A stretch of DNA of 64,000 nt from Alphaproteobacteria bacterium (GTDB taxonomy: Bacteria; Pseudomonadota; Alphaproteobacteria; MPNO01). The notes below the pieces were generated by a model that saw only the letters and a program-made list of their open reading frames with translations, searched no databases and was not told where the DNA came from. Location of the stretch: contig CBDFLJ010000001.1 in the NCBI GenBank assembly GCA_965248835.1, forward strand, positions 1,536,001 to 1,600,000, read 5' to 3'. The position numbers and the translations under genes were made by a program. How positions within the stretch are numbered: the stretch's first letter is position 1; every line of letters begins with the position of its first letter. Positions 1 through 8,873 of this stretch are shown piece by piece.

Positions 1-1
1 C

Positions 2-1531
2 CGAGATGACCGGGCTGCCTTCCGCTCCTTCGCCCCTTGTCGGCGCGTCCGGCGCGGCTTTCGACTTGACGACCCCGCGCGCGGAAAGGAACAGGGTCAG
101 GGCGATCAGGGCGACGATCACCAGAACGATCGGCCGATCCAGCCATCCCAGGCCGGTATGGATGCGCATGCTGATCTGAAAGGCATTCTCCAGGATCGGA
201 CCCAGGATCAACGCCAGAATGAGCGGCGGGCGAGGCCAGCCGCCGCGCTTCATGGCGAAGCCGATCACGCCCATCGCGAGGCAGGTGATCCAGTCGCCGA
301 TCGACGCTCCGCCCAGCCAGGCGCCCATGAAGACGAACAGGATCACCCCCGGCACGATCAGATGGCCGCGGATGAACGCGATCTTGGCCACCTGTCCGCT
401 CCACAGCATCAGCAGAGCGGCCGCCAGGATGTTGGCGAGGACGATGGCCCAGACCATGCTGAAGGTGATGTCCAGCTTCTCGGTCAGCATTTCCGGGCCC
501 GGCTTGAGGCCCTGGATGAGGAGCGCCCCCATCAGGATCGCCGTGCCGAGGCTGCCGGGGATTCCGAAGGCGACCATGGGCAGCAGCGCGCCGCCCCTGG
601 TGGCGTTGTTGGCGGCCTCCGGCGCGATGACGCCGCGAATGTCGCCGCGGCCGAACTGCGACTTGTCCTTCGCCGATTGGACGGCATGGCCATAGGCGAA
701 CCAGTCGACGACCGCGGCGCCGAGCCCCGGCAGCATGCCGACATAGGTGCCGAGCGCCGCGGAACGAAGCGCCAGCCACCAATGCCGGAAGGCGTCGCGG
801 ATGCCCTCGCGCATCCCGCCGCCCCGGCTCTGCTCCTTGGGAATGCGGGCGATCGAGGTGTCCTTGATCGCCAGCTCCATGAGCTCGGGGATGGCAAAGA
901 GACCGAGCACGACGGGGATCAACGGAACGCCGTCGAGCAGATATACGGCGCCGAACCAGTACCGGGGAACGGGTGCGGTCTCGGCATAGCCGATCATCGC
1001 CATCAGCAGCCCGAGCAACGCCACGGTCAGGCCCTTGAGCACGGACCCGCCGCTGAGCGAGCCCACCATCGCAAGCCCGAGCATGCCCAGCATGAACAGT
1101 TCCGGCGATCCGAAGGCGAGGATGATCGGCAGCACCAGCGGGATGGACACAGCCAGGATCAGCGCGCCGAATATCCCGCCGAAGGCGGAGACGGTGAACG
1201 CGGCGCCGAACGCCCGTGCCGCCTGGCCCTGCTGCGCCAAAGGATAGCCGTCGAGGATCGTCGCCTGCGAGGCCGCAGTGCCCGGTATGCCGAGCATCAC
1301 CGAGGCGATCGTGTCGCTGGTCGAGGTCACCGCGAACATGCCGAGCAGCAGCGCGAACGCCGAAACCGGATCCATGCCGTAGGTGAACGGCAACAGGATC
1401 ACCAGCCCGAGGATTCCGCCGAGGCCCGGGACCGCGCCGAGCCAGATCCCGAGCAGCACGCCGAGCGCCAGAAACCCGATCGCCGGCCATTGGAACACCA
1501 ACGCAAGACCGGTCAGCATGCTCTCGATCAT
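2..1531 (-). CDS. tctA: Tripartite tricarboxylate transporter permease TctA (3' end runs off window)
   Basis: Manual translation from ATG at 1531: MIESMLTGLALVFQWPAIGFLALGVLLGIWLGAVPGLGG...SVMLGIPGTAASQATILDGYPLAQQGQAARA, typical TctA motifs. No stop before the window edge, so it is absent from the ORF track. Confidence 0.9.
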   Translation of the reverse strand, partial: MIESMLTGLALVFQWPAIGFLALGVLLGIWLGAVPGLGGILGLVILLPFTYGMDPVSAFALLLGMFAVTSTSDTIASVMLGIPGTAASQATILDGYPLAQQGQAARAFGAAFTVSAFGGIFGALILAVSIPLVLPIILAFGSPELFMLGMLGLAMVGSLSGGSVLKGLTVALLGLLMAMIGYAETAPVPRYWFGAVYLLDGVPLIPVVLGLFAIPELMELAIKDTSIARIPKEQSRGGGMREGIRDAFRHWWLALRSAALGTYVGMLPGLGAAVVDWFAYGHAVQSAKDKSQFGRGDIRGVIAPEAANNATRGGALLPMVAFGIPGSLGTAILMGALLIQGLKPGPEMLTEKLDITFSMVWAIVLANILAAALLMLWSGQVAKIAFIRGHLIVPGVILFVFMGAWLGGASIGDWITCLAMGVIGFAMKRGGWPRPPLILALILGPILENAFQISMRIHTGLGWLDRPIVLVIVALIALTLFLSARGVVKSKAAPDAPTRGEGAEGSPVIS

Positions 1532-1611
1532 CGGGAGTCCGTCTCCACCCGCGTGCCGCGACTATATCGGCAATCCCGGGCGGTGTCCGAAGCACCGAGG
1601 CGGGCCGGCGC

Positions 1612-3129
1612 TTAAAGGGGGACGAAGGTTCCGTGAAGTCCGAGCGGGAGGGCGTAGGGAAGGCTTGCGACAGCGAGCGGGCCGTCTTCCAACCGCGCGG
1701 CATCGAAGACGTTCAGTCGTGTTACCCCGGCTGCGAAGTCGAGGCTGGTGCCGATCAGCCAGCCGTTGTCCTCGCCGCCGCCCGGGCGGGGAACGAACAG
1801 ATGTTCCTCGGGGATCGTCGTCGGATCATAGGCATGGACCGTCAGATCCCCGGTCTCGACGTCCAGCCGGCCGACGGCGTTGAGCATCGGGTGCCGGCTC
1901 TCCGCCGCCGGTGTCTGCATCAAAAGCGTGATCTTGCGATAGCAGCGGCCGGTGCGGCGTCGATCGACGTGAGGGAACTCGGCTCCGAGACCCGGTTGGG
2001 TCAGCGGGGTTTCGGTGATGCGGCCCCGAGCGGGATCGATGCGCACCAGATGCTGTCGGGCCGCGAGGCCTGGTCGGCCTTCGCCGCGCATGATCGCCCT
2101 TAGCGGTCCGAACATGATCGAAGGATCGTCGTAGCGGGCGGAGTCCAGACGAATGATCCCGGCCGCGTCCTCCCAGGCGTTGCCGTAGTGGAAGGTGAAA
2201 TGGGCCGGCATTTCGAGGACTCTCGGTCGGGAAAGTGCGGTCTTGTCGAGGATCAGGACCCGGGCGGGCAGCTCGGGCTGCCAGACCATGCTGTCCAGAA
2301 GGCTCTTCCCCGGCTCGGGCGCAAAAAACAGCGGCGGCAGGATCGCGACCACATGGTTTTCGGTGATCACGAAGTCATGGACCATCGGTGTCTTGCCGAT
2401 GCGAAGCGGAACGGCAGTCTTCAGCTTGCCGTCACGGCCGATGTGATAGATCACAAGGACACCGAACCCGGCCGCGTAACCGATATTCCAGAGCGTTCCG
2501 TCTCGATCCAGCCTCGGATGGGCGCCGAAGGGGACGCCGCTCGTTTCGGGCGACCAGTAGTGGGGTGCCTCGGTCTCCAGGGTCGCCGGGTCCAGGCGAT
2601 GCGCCGAGCCGCCCTCCCAGAGCGCGTATAGTCTCTCGGCGTGCCATAAGACGCTGGTATTCGCCGGGTTGGTCGAATCCGGGCTCGTGACACGCTCCAT
2701 GCCGGGCACCACCGTGCCGAAGGTTTGCCGCAGGGCGCGCCCGGCCCGGCGTTCGGCCTTGAACTTCGCGGTCTCGACGATGCGGCCGAGATGGGAAATC
2801 CGGCCGTCGGCGAAGCGGAAGGCCTGCACCATCCCGTCGCCGTCGAACCAGTGCCGGTAGCGCAGGCCGCCGATCTCATGCCGGCCCGGCCCGTTGCGAT
2901 AGACAGTGCCGCGAAGCTCCGCCGGCCAAGCCCCTCTAACATCGAGCGACGGTGTTTCGAGACGCGCCTCGGGGCGGCCCAGCCAGCCCAGCAGATAGGG
3001 TCTGGTCTTCAGGGCCTTCCGGAAGGATACCGCCCACGCATCGAGGGCAGCGGCGCCCGCTCGGCCGGGGAGGCCGGCAAGCGCCAGCGCCGAGACGGCC
3101 GCATAGTGGAGGAATTCTCGTCGGATCAT
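1612..3129 (-). CDS. Carotenoid cleavage oxygenase / lignostilbene dioxygenase family (RPE65) protein with Tat signal peptide
   Basis: YRNGPG, HWFDGDGM and EFP motifs; four Fe-ligand His (AHPR, MVHDF, FHYGNAWE, GLHGTF); N-terminus MIRREFL...AGA is a twin-arginine signal. Start reassigned to ATG 3129. Confidence 0.9.
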   Translation of the reverse strand: MIRREFLHYAAVSALALAGLPGRAGAAALDAWAVSFRKALKTRPYLLGWLGRPEARLETPSLDVRGAWPAELRGTVYRNGPGRHEIGGLRYRHWFDGDGMVQAFRFADGRISHLGRIVETAKFKAERRAGRALRQTFGTVVPGMERVTSPDSTNPANTSVLWHAERLYALWEGGSAHRLDPATLETEAPHYWSPETSGVPFGAHPRLDRDGTLWNIGYAAGFGVLVIYHIGRDGKLKTAVPLRIGKTPMVHDFVITENHVVAILPPLFFAPEPGKSLLDSMVWQPELPARVLILDKTALSRPRVLEMPAHFTFHYGNAWEDAAGIIRLDSARYDDPSIMFGPLRAIMRGEGRPGLAARQHLVRIDPARGRITETPLTQPGLGAEFPHVDRRRTGRCYRKITLLMQTPAAESRHPMLNAVGRLDVETGDLTVHAYDPTTIPEEHLFVPRPGGGEDNGWLIGTSLDFAAGVTRLNVFDAARLEDGPLAVASLPYALPLGLHGTFVPL

Positions 3130-3137
3130 GGTGGGTC

Positions 3138-3575
3138 CTATTGATAGATCAGCCTGATCGGCAGCTCGCCCCGGTCGCCTTCGACCGCAAGCGCGGCGTC
3201 GGCAAAAGACGGCGGCCCCATCATGCCGACCGCGTCTTTGGAGAACCCGTGCCCTTCGGTCGGGATCCCCAACAGATTGGCATCGAGCCTGCCGTCGCCG
3301 TTCTCGTCGTGGAACGCGGCAACGGCGTAGCGCCCCGGGGGCAGATTGCCGAGAGTCAGTGAAAGATCTCCTTCTTGAGCCCGGATGCGGATCGTCGCAA
3401 CGGCGCCCTCGCGCGCTTGAAAGGCCGCCGCATGATCGAAGACGGCGATCATCACCCGACCAAGATCGCTGCGGATGCCGCTGACCGAAAGCGTCAGCTC
3501 TGCCGTCGAGGTGGAGCGGCCCCAAAACAGAATCGTCGCCAAAGTCAGAGCCGCAGTCATTGTCCGCATTCGCAT
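3138..3575 (-). CDS. DUF2141 family secreted protein
   Basis: Signal-like N-terminus; LPPGRYAVAAFHDENGDGRLD...GIPTEGHGFS...GPPSF pattern characteristic of DUF2141; stop lies 8 bp upstream of the oxygenase start. Confidence 0.85.
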   Translation of the reverse strand: MRMRTMTAALTLATILFWGRSTSTAELTLSVSGIRSDLGRVMIAVFDHAAAFQAREGAVATIRIRAQEGDLSLTLGNLPPGRYAVAAFHDENGDGRLDANLLGIPTEGHGFSKDAVGMMGPPSFADAALAVEGDRGELPIRLIYQ

Positions 3576-3648
3576 TTCAGGACTCTCTTCGATGGTTGCG
3601 CCGGTTGCGAGCTTTCCTGCGCATCGGTGGTACGGGCAAGAGCGGCTG

Positions 3649-3678
3649 CGCGAACCGCGTTTATTTCTTCGCGAACCG
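3649..3678. promoter_or_regulatory. Putative LytTR operator: CGCGAACCG-N12-CGCGAACCG direct repeat
   Basis: Perfect 9-bp repeats at 3649-3657 and 3670-3678 with an AT-rich 12-bp spacer (cgtttatttctt), in the divergent intergenic region next to a LytTR gene. Confidence 0.7.
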
Positions 3679-3697
3679 ACCGTAGGATCGTTTCGCG

Positions 3698-4474
3698 ATG
3701 CGTGAACGGTCCTTGCCGAGACGGCTTGCGCTGCACATCCTAGGGGCGGTGGCGATCGCCGTGATCGTGGCGACCATCGGCCCGTTCGGTACCTTCACCC
3801 GGTTCGCGCCCGCAGACCGGTATCTCTACTGGATGATCATCATCCCGTTGAACTGGGCGCAGATCGTCCTTGCGGTGGTCGCGGTTTCGCGGCTTGCCTT
3901 CGCCGAACGCTGGCCAACGCTCGCCGTCGTGGCGGCGGGGTGCCTGGTTGCGTCGGTTCCGGCATCGTTCGAGGTGCTGTGGCTCGAGAGCTGGTTGGGA
4001 CAAAAGGAAAGCGGCGGACTGACCGTTTTCAAGGTCTGGCCCTATGTCGTTCTTCTGACCCTGGTGATCGCACTCCCGATCTTCAAGTTCAGCCCGGGCG
4101 CGATTCGGCTTCTGGGGCGCTGGCCCGGCGCGCGGCCGGGTGCCGGTGAGGCAGCGCCCAACTTCCTCAAACGCGTGCCGCAACAGATCAAGGGCACGCT
4201 CTTATGCGTCGCCGCGGAGGATCACTATCTCCGCGTCCATACCACCGCCGGCAGCGCCTTGATTCTCTACCGGATGGCTGATGCCTTGTCGGAGCTTGGC
4301 GACACCGACGGCCTTCGGGTCCATCGTTCCTTCTGGGTCGCGGCCGATGCCGTGGCCGGCGTCGAGCGCAGCGGGCGGCGCGTCTCGCTCAAACTGACCA
4401 ACGGACTCGTCGTTCCGGTGAGTCGCACTTTCCTGGCACGAGTGCGCGAGGCGGGTTGGCTCGCCAAGGCATGA
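3698..4474 (+). CDS. Membrane-anchored LytTR-domain transcriptional regulator
   Basis: About four N-terminal hydrophobic helices (GPFGT motif) and a C-terminal LytTR domain AEDHYLRVHT...GLRVHRSFWVA...VPVSR; no receiver domain. Confidence 0.9.
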   Translation: MRERSLPRRLALHILGAVAIAVIVATIGPFGTFTRFAPADRYLYWMIIIPLNWAQIVLAVVAVSRLAFAERWPTLAVVAAGCLVASVPASFEVLWLESWLGQKESGGLTVFKVWPYVVLLTLVIALPIFKFSPGAIRLLGRWPGARPGAGEAAPNFLKRVPQQIKGTLLCVAAEDHYLRVHTTAGSALILYRMADALSELGDTDGLRVHRSFWVAADAVAGVERSGRRVSLKLTNGLVVPVSRTFLARVREAGWLAKA

Positions 4475-4484
4475 TTGCCGGCCT

Positions 4485-5039
4485 CTATGACCTCTCGGCG
4501 AATTGCGGGTAGAGGTTGCGGTATCCCAGCTTCTTCCGGTTCCGGGCGTTCGTCTCCGCGGCCTCGGGCGACATCGGGGTGAAGCCGTATCCCTGGACCA
4601 GGCGGCACATGAAGTTCATCCGCGCCGTCACCGCGATCGCATCGTGCAGCGCCTTCTCGTCCCAGCCGGCGGCGAAGGCCGCATCGGCATCTTCCTGGGT
4701 GACCTCGGTCGGGGCGAGCGTGAGTTTCCTCGCATAGGCCAGCAGCGGGCGGAACCGGTCCTCGACCGGCGCGCTTTCGAAATCGGCCAGCAGCTTGTCG
4801 ATCAGCCCCTCGGCGATCCCATGGGCGTGGGCCGCGGCGCGATGGGCGACAAAGGCGTAGCGGCAGTTCGCGGTGCCGACGACGAAGGCCGCGATCATCT
4901 CCCGCTCGCCCGGCGTAAGCGGCGAAGGGCCGTTCATCAGCGCCTGGCTGGTATCGGCCCAGGGCCCGTATATCTCCGGATAGGCCTGGAACACGTCGCC
5001 GGGCCCGGCCTCGGCGGGTAACGATTTGAAGAACGGCAT
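4485..5039 (-). CDS. Peroxidase-related / carboxymuconolactone decarboxylase (AhpD-like) protein
   Basis: LMNGPSPLTPGEREMIAAFV...NCRYAFVAH; the second Cys of the usual CxxC is replaced by Ala. Start at ATG 5039. Confidence 0.8.
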   Translation of the reverse strand: MPFFKSLPAEAGPGDVFQAYPEIYGPWADTSQALMNGPSPLTPGEREMIAAFVVGTANCRYAFVAHRAAAHAHGIAEGLIDKLLADFESAPVEDRFRPLLAYARKLTLAPTEVTQEDADAAFAAGWDEKALHDAIAVTARMNFMCRLVQGYGFTPMSPEAAETNARNRKKLGYRNLYPQFAERS

Positions 5040-5058
5040 GGTCGGGGGGTTCCTCGTT

Positions 5059-5772
5059 TCAGCGCGCATCGAAAGCGGTCTGCATTCCGGCGGTGACCGC
5101 GCGCGCGACCGCGGGCGGATCGTCGGCCCGGATGATCGGCCGGCCCATGATGATGTAATCGGCGCCGCCTTCGATCGCCGCTTCCGGCGTGCCGCCGCGC
5201 TTGTGGTCGTCCTGGCCGTGGCCGGCCGGGCGCACGCCGGGCGTGCCGAGCAGCAGCGCCCCGGCGGGCGCGATCGAGCGGATGCGCGGGGCGTCCTGCG
5301 GTGCGGCGATCAGCCCGTCGCAGCCGTATTCGACCGCCTTTTTCACCCGGATATCGACCAGCGCCTCGACCGGACACAGATAGCCCATCTCGCGCGCGTC
5401 CTCGTCGTCGAGGTTGGTGAGCACTGAAATGGCAAAGATCTTGAGCGCCGAGCCCCGCTTGCCCTCGACCGCGGCCCGCAGGATGTCACGGTTGCCGTGG
5501 ACGGTCACCAGGCTCGCCCCGCGCCCGGCGGCGCGCTTGACGCCCTCGCGCACGGTCTCGCCGATGTCGTACATCTTGCAGTCGAGGAAAACCTCCTTGC
5601 CGGCGCCGATCAGCCGGTCGATCAGCCGGTCGATGCCGGACGCGTGCAGCAGCCACAGCCCGACCTTGTAGAAGGCGACCTCATCGCCCAGCCGGTCGAT
5701 CAGCCGGTTCGCCTCCCCGACCGTGGGCACGTCGAGCGCAACGATCAGCCGCGATCTCGCGTCGATGCCCAT
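5059..5772 (-). CDS. pyrF: Orotidine-5'-phosphate decarboxylase
   Basis: RLIVALD, FYKVG, FLDCKMYDIGETV (DxKxxD), SVLT, TPGVRP, GRPI motifs; ATG 5772 overlaps the upstream stop. Confidence 0.93.
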   Translation of the reverse strand: MGIDARSRLIVALDVPTVGEANRLIDRLGDEVAFYKVGLWLLHASGIDRLIDRLIGAGKEVFLDCKMYDIGETVREGVKRAAGRGASLVTVHGNRDILRAAVEGKRGSALKIFAISVLTNLDDEDAREMGYLCPVEALVDIRVKKAVEYGCDGLIAAPQDAPRIRSIAPAGALLLGTPGVRPAGHGQDDHKRGGTPEAAIEGGADYIIMGRPIIRADDPPAVARAVTAGMQTAFDAR

Positions 5773-6188
5773 CAGCGCCCGCCGGTCAGGGCGAGCTTGG
5801 CGCGCTTGGCCTGGAGCCGGTCCGCCTGGCGGCCGCGGTCGATCACGAAACGGGTGTGGCGGGCCCTGCCGACCAGCTCGATCGGGTCGTGCACCTCGAC
5901 ATCGAGGACGATCTTTCGCCGGTCGACCTCGATGATCTCGGCCTTGATGTCGACCCAGGAGCCCGACAGCGAGGCGCCCAGATGGTCGAGCTCGACCCGC
6001 GCGCCGACCGTCTCCTCTTGCTCCTCGAGATGCTGCTTGATCATCTCCAGGCAGGCGATCTCGATATCGCGCAGCAGCATCGGCGTGGCGTAGACCCGCA
6101 ATGCCTCGCCCATGAACCCGATCGTCTTGTCGTCGTCGATGTCGAAGCGGCGGGTCGTGCCCAGCCCCGGCTTGAGCGTGTCCTTCAT
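5772..6188 (-). CDS. Hot-dog fold thioesterase (fluoroacetyl-CoA thioesterase FlK-like)
   Basis: VYATPMLLRDIEIAC, ETVGARVELDHLGA, GRARHTRFVID (Thr/Glu/His positions of the FlK family). Confidence 0.85.
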   Translation of the reverse strand: MKDTLKPGLGTTRRFDIDDDKTIGFMGEALRVYATPMLLRDIEIACLEMIKQHLEEQEETVGARVELDHLGASLSGSWVDIKAEIIEVDRRKIVLDVEVHDPIELVGRARHTRFVIDRGRQADRLQAKRAKLALTGGR

Positions 6189-7747
6189 CCATTTTCCTTC
6201 GGTGCCGCCGCGCCGCCGTAGATACGGCGCAGCTCGGTCTTGAGGATCTTGCCCATCGCCGATTTGGGCATCTGGTCGACGAATGCCATGCGGCGGGGGA
6301 TCTTGTAACCGCCGATGCGCTCACGGCAATGGGCGATGATCTCGTCCTGGGACATATGCGCGCCCGGCGCCGGCACGATGACCGCGAACAGCGCCTCGCC
6401 GTAGGTCTCGTCGGGGACCCCGACCACCGCGGCTTCGTTGACCCCGGGGTGCTGGTAGAGCGCGGCCTCGACCTCGGAGGTGTAGACGTTTTCCCCGCCG
6501 GTGATCACCATGTCCTTCTTGCGGTCGAGCAGGTACATGAACCCCTCTTCGTCCATCCGCCCGATGTCGCCGGTATGGAACCAGCCGCCGCGAAAGGCTT
6601 CCTCGGTTTCGGCCGGCCGGTTGAGATAGCCCTTGGTCACGTTCGGGCCGCGCACCACCACCTCGCCCGCCGCGCCCGGCGGAACCGGCCGGCCCTCGGC
6701 ATCGACGATCCGCATGTCGACGCCGGTGACCGGCCGTCCGGCGGCCTTGAGGCGTTCGAGATTGCCGGACGCGATGGCCCGGCGGTGCTCGTCCGCATCC
6801 AGCGTGGTCAGGATCGGCGATGTCTCGGTCAGCCCGTAGCCCTGCTGCAGCTCGGCGTTGGGAAAGTTCTCCATCGCCCGGCGGATCCATTCGACCGCCA
6901 TCGGCGAGGAGCCGTAGAAGATGCGGCGCAACGCCGTCAGGTCGAAGCTGTCGAAGGCGGGGTCCTGCAGCATCAGGATCAACATCGTCGGCGCCGTGAA
7001 GGCGAAGCTGACGCGGTGGCGCTGCATCGCGCCCAGCATGGCCTCGGGCGTGAACTGCGGCAGGTAGACGTGGGCCGCCCCCAGGAGCGTGAACCCGGTG
7101 CCCAACAGGTCGGCGGAATGGAACATCGGGGCGGCGTGGATAAAGACGTCATCGCCCCGCATGCCGAGCGCGATCGCGCATTGCTGGCCGTTGGCATAGA
7201 CGTTGCGGTGGCTCAGCCGGACTCCCTTGCTGCGCCCGGTCGTCCCGCCGGTATAGAGCAGGATCGCATCGTCGTCCTCGCCGCTGGGATAGGGATCGGC
7301 CGGACTCGCGTCCGCCAGCAGTGTCTCGTAGTGCGGCCGGCCGCCGTCGGCCGGCGCCGCGCCGACGGTGAGGATGCGCTCCTGCCAGGGCGCGAGCTCG
7401 GGCGCGGCGGCAAGGTCGGTCAGCGCCTCGTCGACGATCAGCAGGCCGCTGGAGGAATCGTCCAGGATGTGGCGGATCTCCGGGCCGGCGAGCCGGAAGT
7501 TGATCGGCACCGGAATCGCCCCCATCCAGTAGCCGGCATGGATCAACTCGGCGTGGCGGAAGGTGTTGCGCGACAAGATGGCGTAGCGCTCGCCCGGCCT
7601 CACCCCGAGCCCGGCGAGCGCACCGGCCGCGCGCATCGCCCGGTCGGTGAATTGGCTCCAGGTGAGCGTCCCCTGGTCGTCGAGGATCGCCGGCCGGGCG
7701 CCATAGAGCCTGCGCGCCCGCTCGATCGCCGAGACCATCGTCAGCAT
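6185..7747 (-). CDS. Long-chain fatty acid/aryl-CoA ligase (AMP-binding)
   Basis: YTGGTTGRSKG, QGYGLTE, WFHTGDIG, DRKKDMVITGGENV, PKSAMGKILK motifs. Confidence 0.92.
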   Translation of the reverse strand: MLTMVSAIERARRLYGARPAILDDQGTLTWSQFTDRAMRAAGALAGLGVRPGERYAILSRNTFRHAELIHAGYWMGAIPVPINFRLAGPEIRHILDDSSSGLLIVDEALTDLAAAPELAPWQERILTVGAAPADGGRPHYETLLADASPADPYPSGEDDDAILLYTGGTTGRSKGVRLSHRNVYANGQQCAIALGMRGDDVFIHAAPMFHSADLLGTGFTLLGAAHVYLPQFTPEAMLGAMQRHRVSFAFTAPTMLILMLQDPAFDSFDLTALRRIFYGSSPMAVEWIRRAMENFPNAELQQGYGLTETSPILTTLDADEHRRAIASGNLERLKAAGRPVTGVDMRIVDAEGRPVPPGAAGEVVVRGPNVTKGYLNRPAETEEAFRGGWFHTGDIGRMDEEGFMYLLDRKKDMVITGGENVYTSEVEAALYQHPGVNEAAVVGVPDETYGEALFAVIVPAPGAHMSQDEIIAHCRERIGGYKIPRRMAFVDQMPKSAMGKILKTELRRIYGGAAAPKENG

Positions 7748-7882
7748 TGCCGCCGTCCGTGCAGTATCACAGCCCGCGCCATGTTAATGGAGAATGTGCG
7801 CCGGCGTCATCGCCGCGATCGAGTTGCATGGACCCCGGACCGTTCCTAGGATGCCGGCGAAGCCGTTGGAAAAGGGTGAGAC

Positions 7883-8341
7883 GTGAAGATCGAGGATACC
7901 TTCATCGTCGATGCGCCGGTCGACCGCGTCTGGCAGATGATCACCGACCCGGAAATCGTCGGCCCGTGCATCCCCGGTTGCCAAAGGATCGAGACGACCG
8001 GGCCCGACACCTACAAGGCCGACATCAAGGTCGCGGTCGGGCCGATCAAGACGACGTTCTCGGTCACGGTCGAGAAGACCGAGGAACGGCCGCCGCATTT
8101 CGCGGCCTCGACCACCAGGGGCGAGGAGGGCGGCAAGGCGAGCACCTTGAACGCAACCAGCACGCTGGACCTTTCCGAGGCCGAGGGCGGCGGCACCGCG
8201 GTCGCCTACGCCGCCGACGTCTCGGTGTTCGGGCGGCTGGGGAAATTCGGGCTCGGCATCATGAAAAAGAAGGCCCGCGATATCGGCCGCGAGTTCGCCG
8301 AGACTTTCCGCGGCAAGGTGGAGGGCGCCGCCGATGGCTGA
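7883..8341 (+). CDS. coxG: CoxG / SRPBCC family protein
   Basis: VDAPVDRVWQMITDPE.VGPCIPGC...VAVGPIK...GRLGKFG pattern. Confidence 0.8.
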   Translation: MKIEDTFIVDAPVDRVWQMITDPEIVGPCIPGCQRIETTGPDTYKADIKVAVGPIKTTFSVTVEKTEERPPHFAASTTRGEEGGKASTLNATSTLDLSEAEGGGTAVAYAADVSVFGRLGKFGLGIMKKKARDIGREFAETFRGKVEGAADG

Positions 8342-8873
8342 GACCGACCCCGACGTGCCGGAATACGCCCGCCTGTTCATGGAGGGGCTCAAAGAGGCCG
8401 GCGTCGGCGTGGTCGCAGCGCTGCCCGAATCGCTGCTCAAGTCCGTCTTCCGCCTGTGCGCCGACGACAACGCGATCCGCTACGTCCAGGTGTCCAACGA
8501 GGCCGACATGCCGGGGATCTGCGCCGGCACCTACCTCGCCGGCGGCCGGGCGCTGATGATCATGGAGAACTCCGGCATCCGCCAGGCCTGCGAGCCGATC
8601 GCTCGGCTCGCCTTCCAGCACGCGATGCCGTTGGTGATGGTGATGAGCTACCGCGGCGATTGGGGCGAGCAGAACTGGTGGGGCCACAACCACGCCCAGA
8701 CCATGGCGCCGATCCTGGACTCGCTGCGCATCCCCTACCGCTTCGTGCGCGAGCTGGACGAGATCAAGCCGGCCATCAAGGGCGCCTTCAAGCACACCGA
8801 CGGAAGCAACTGGCCGGTGGCGCTGGTGTTCAGCGGCAACTGCGTGGAGCTTCCGGACTATGCAAAGGATTGA
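8334..8873 (+). CDS. TPP-dependent decarboxylase alpha subunit (sulfopyruvate/phosphonopyruvate decarboxylase ComD-like)
   Basis: ALPESLL, VSNEADMPGICAG.YLAG, IMENSG, MSYRGD.GE motifs. Confidence 0.8.
   Translation: MAETDPDVPEYARLFMEGLKEAGVGVVAALPESLLKSVFRLCADDNAIRYVQVSNEADMPGICAGTYLAGGRALMIMENSGIRQACEPIARLAFQHAMPLVMVMSYRGDWGEQNWWGHNHAQTMAPILDSLRIPYRFVRELDEIKPAIKGAFKHTDGSNWPVALVFSGNCVELPDYAKD

Noticed and set aside
158-1615. 485-aa plus-strand ORF
   Set aside because: Antisense shadow of tctA, typical of high-GC DNA; low-complexity R/H/A-rich translation
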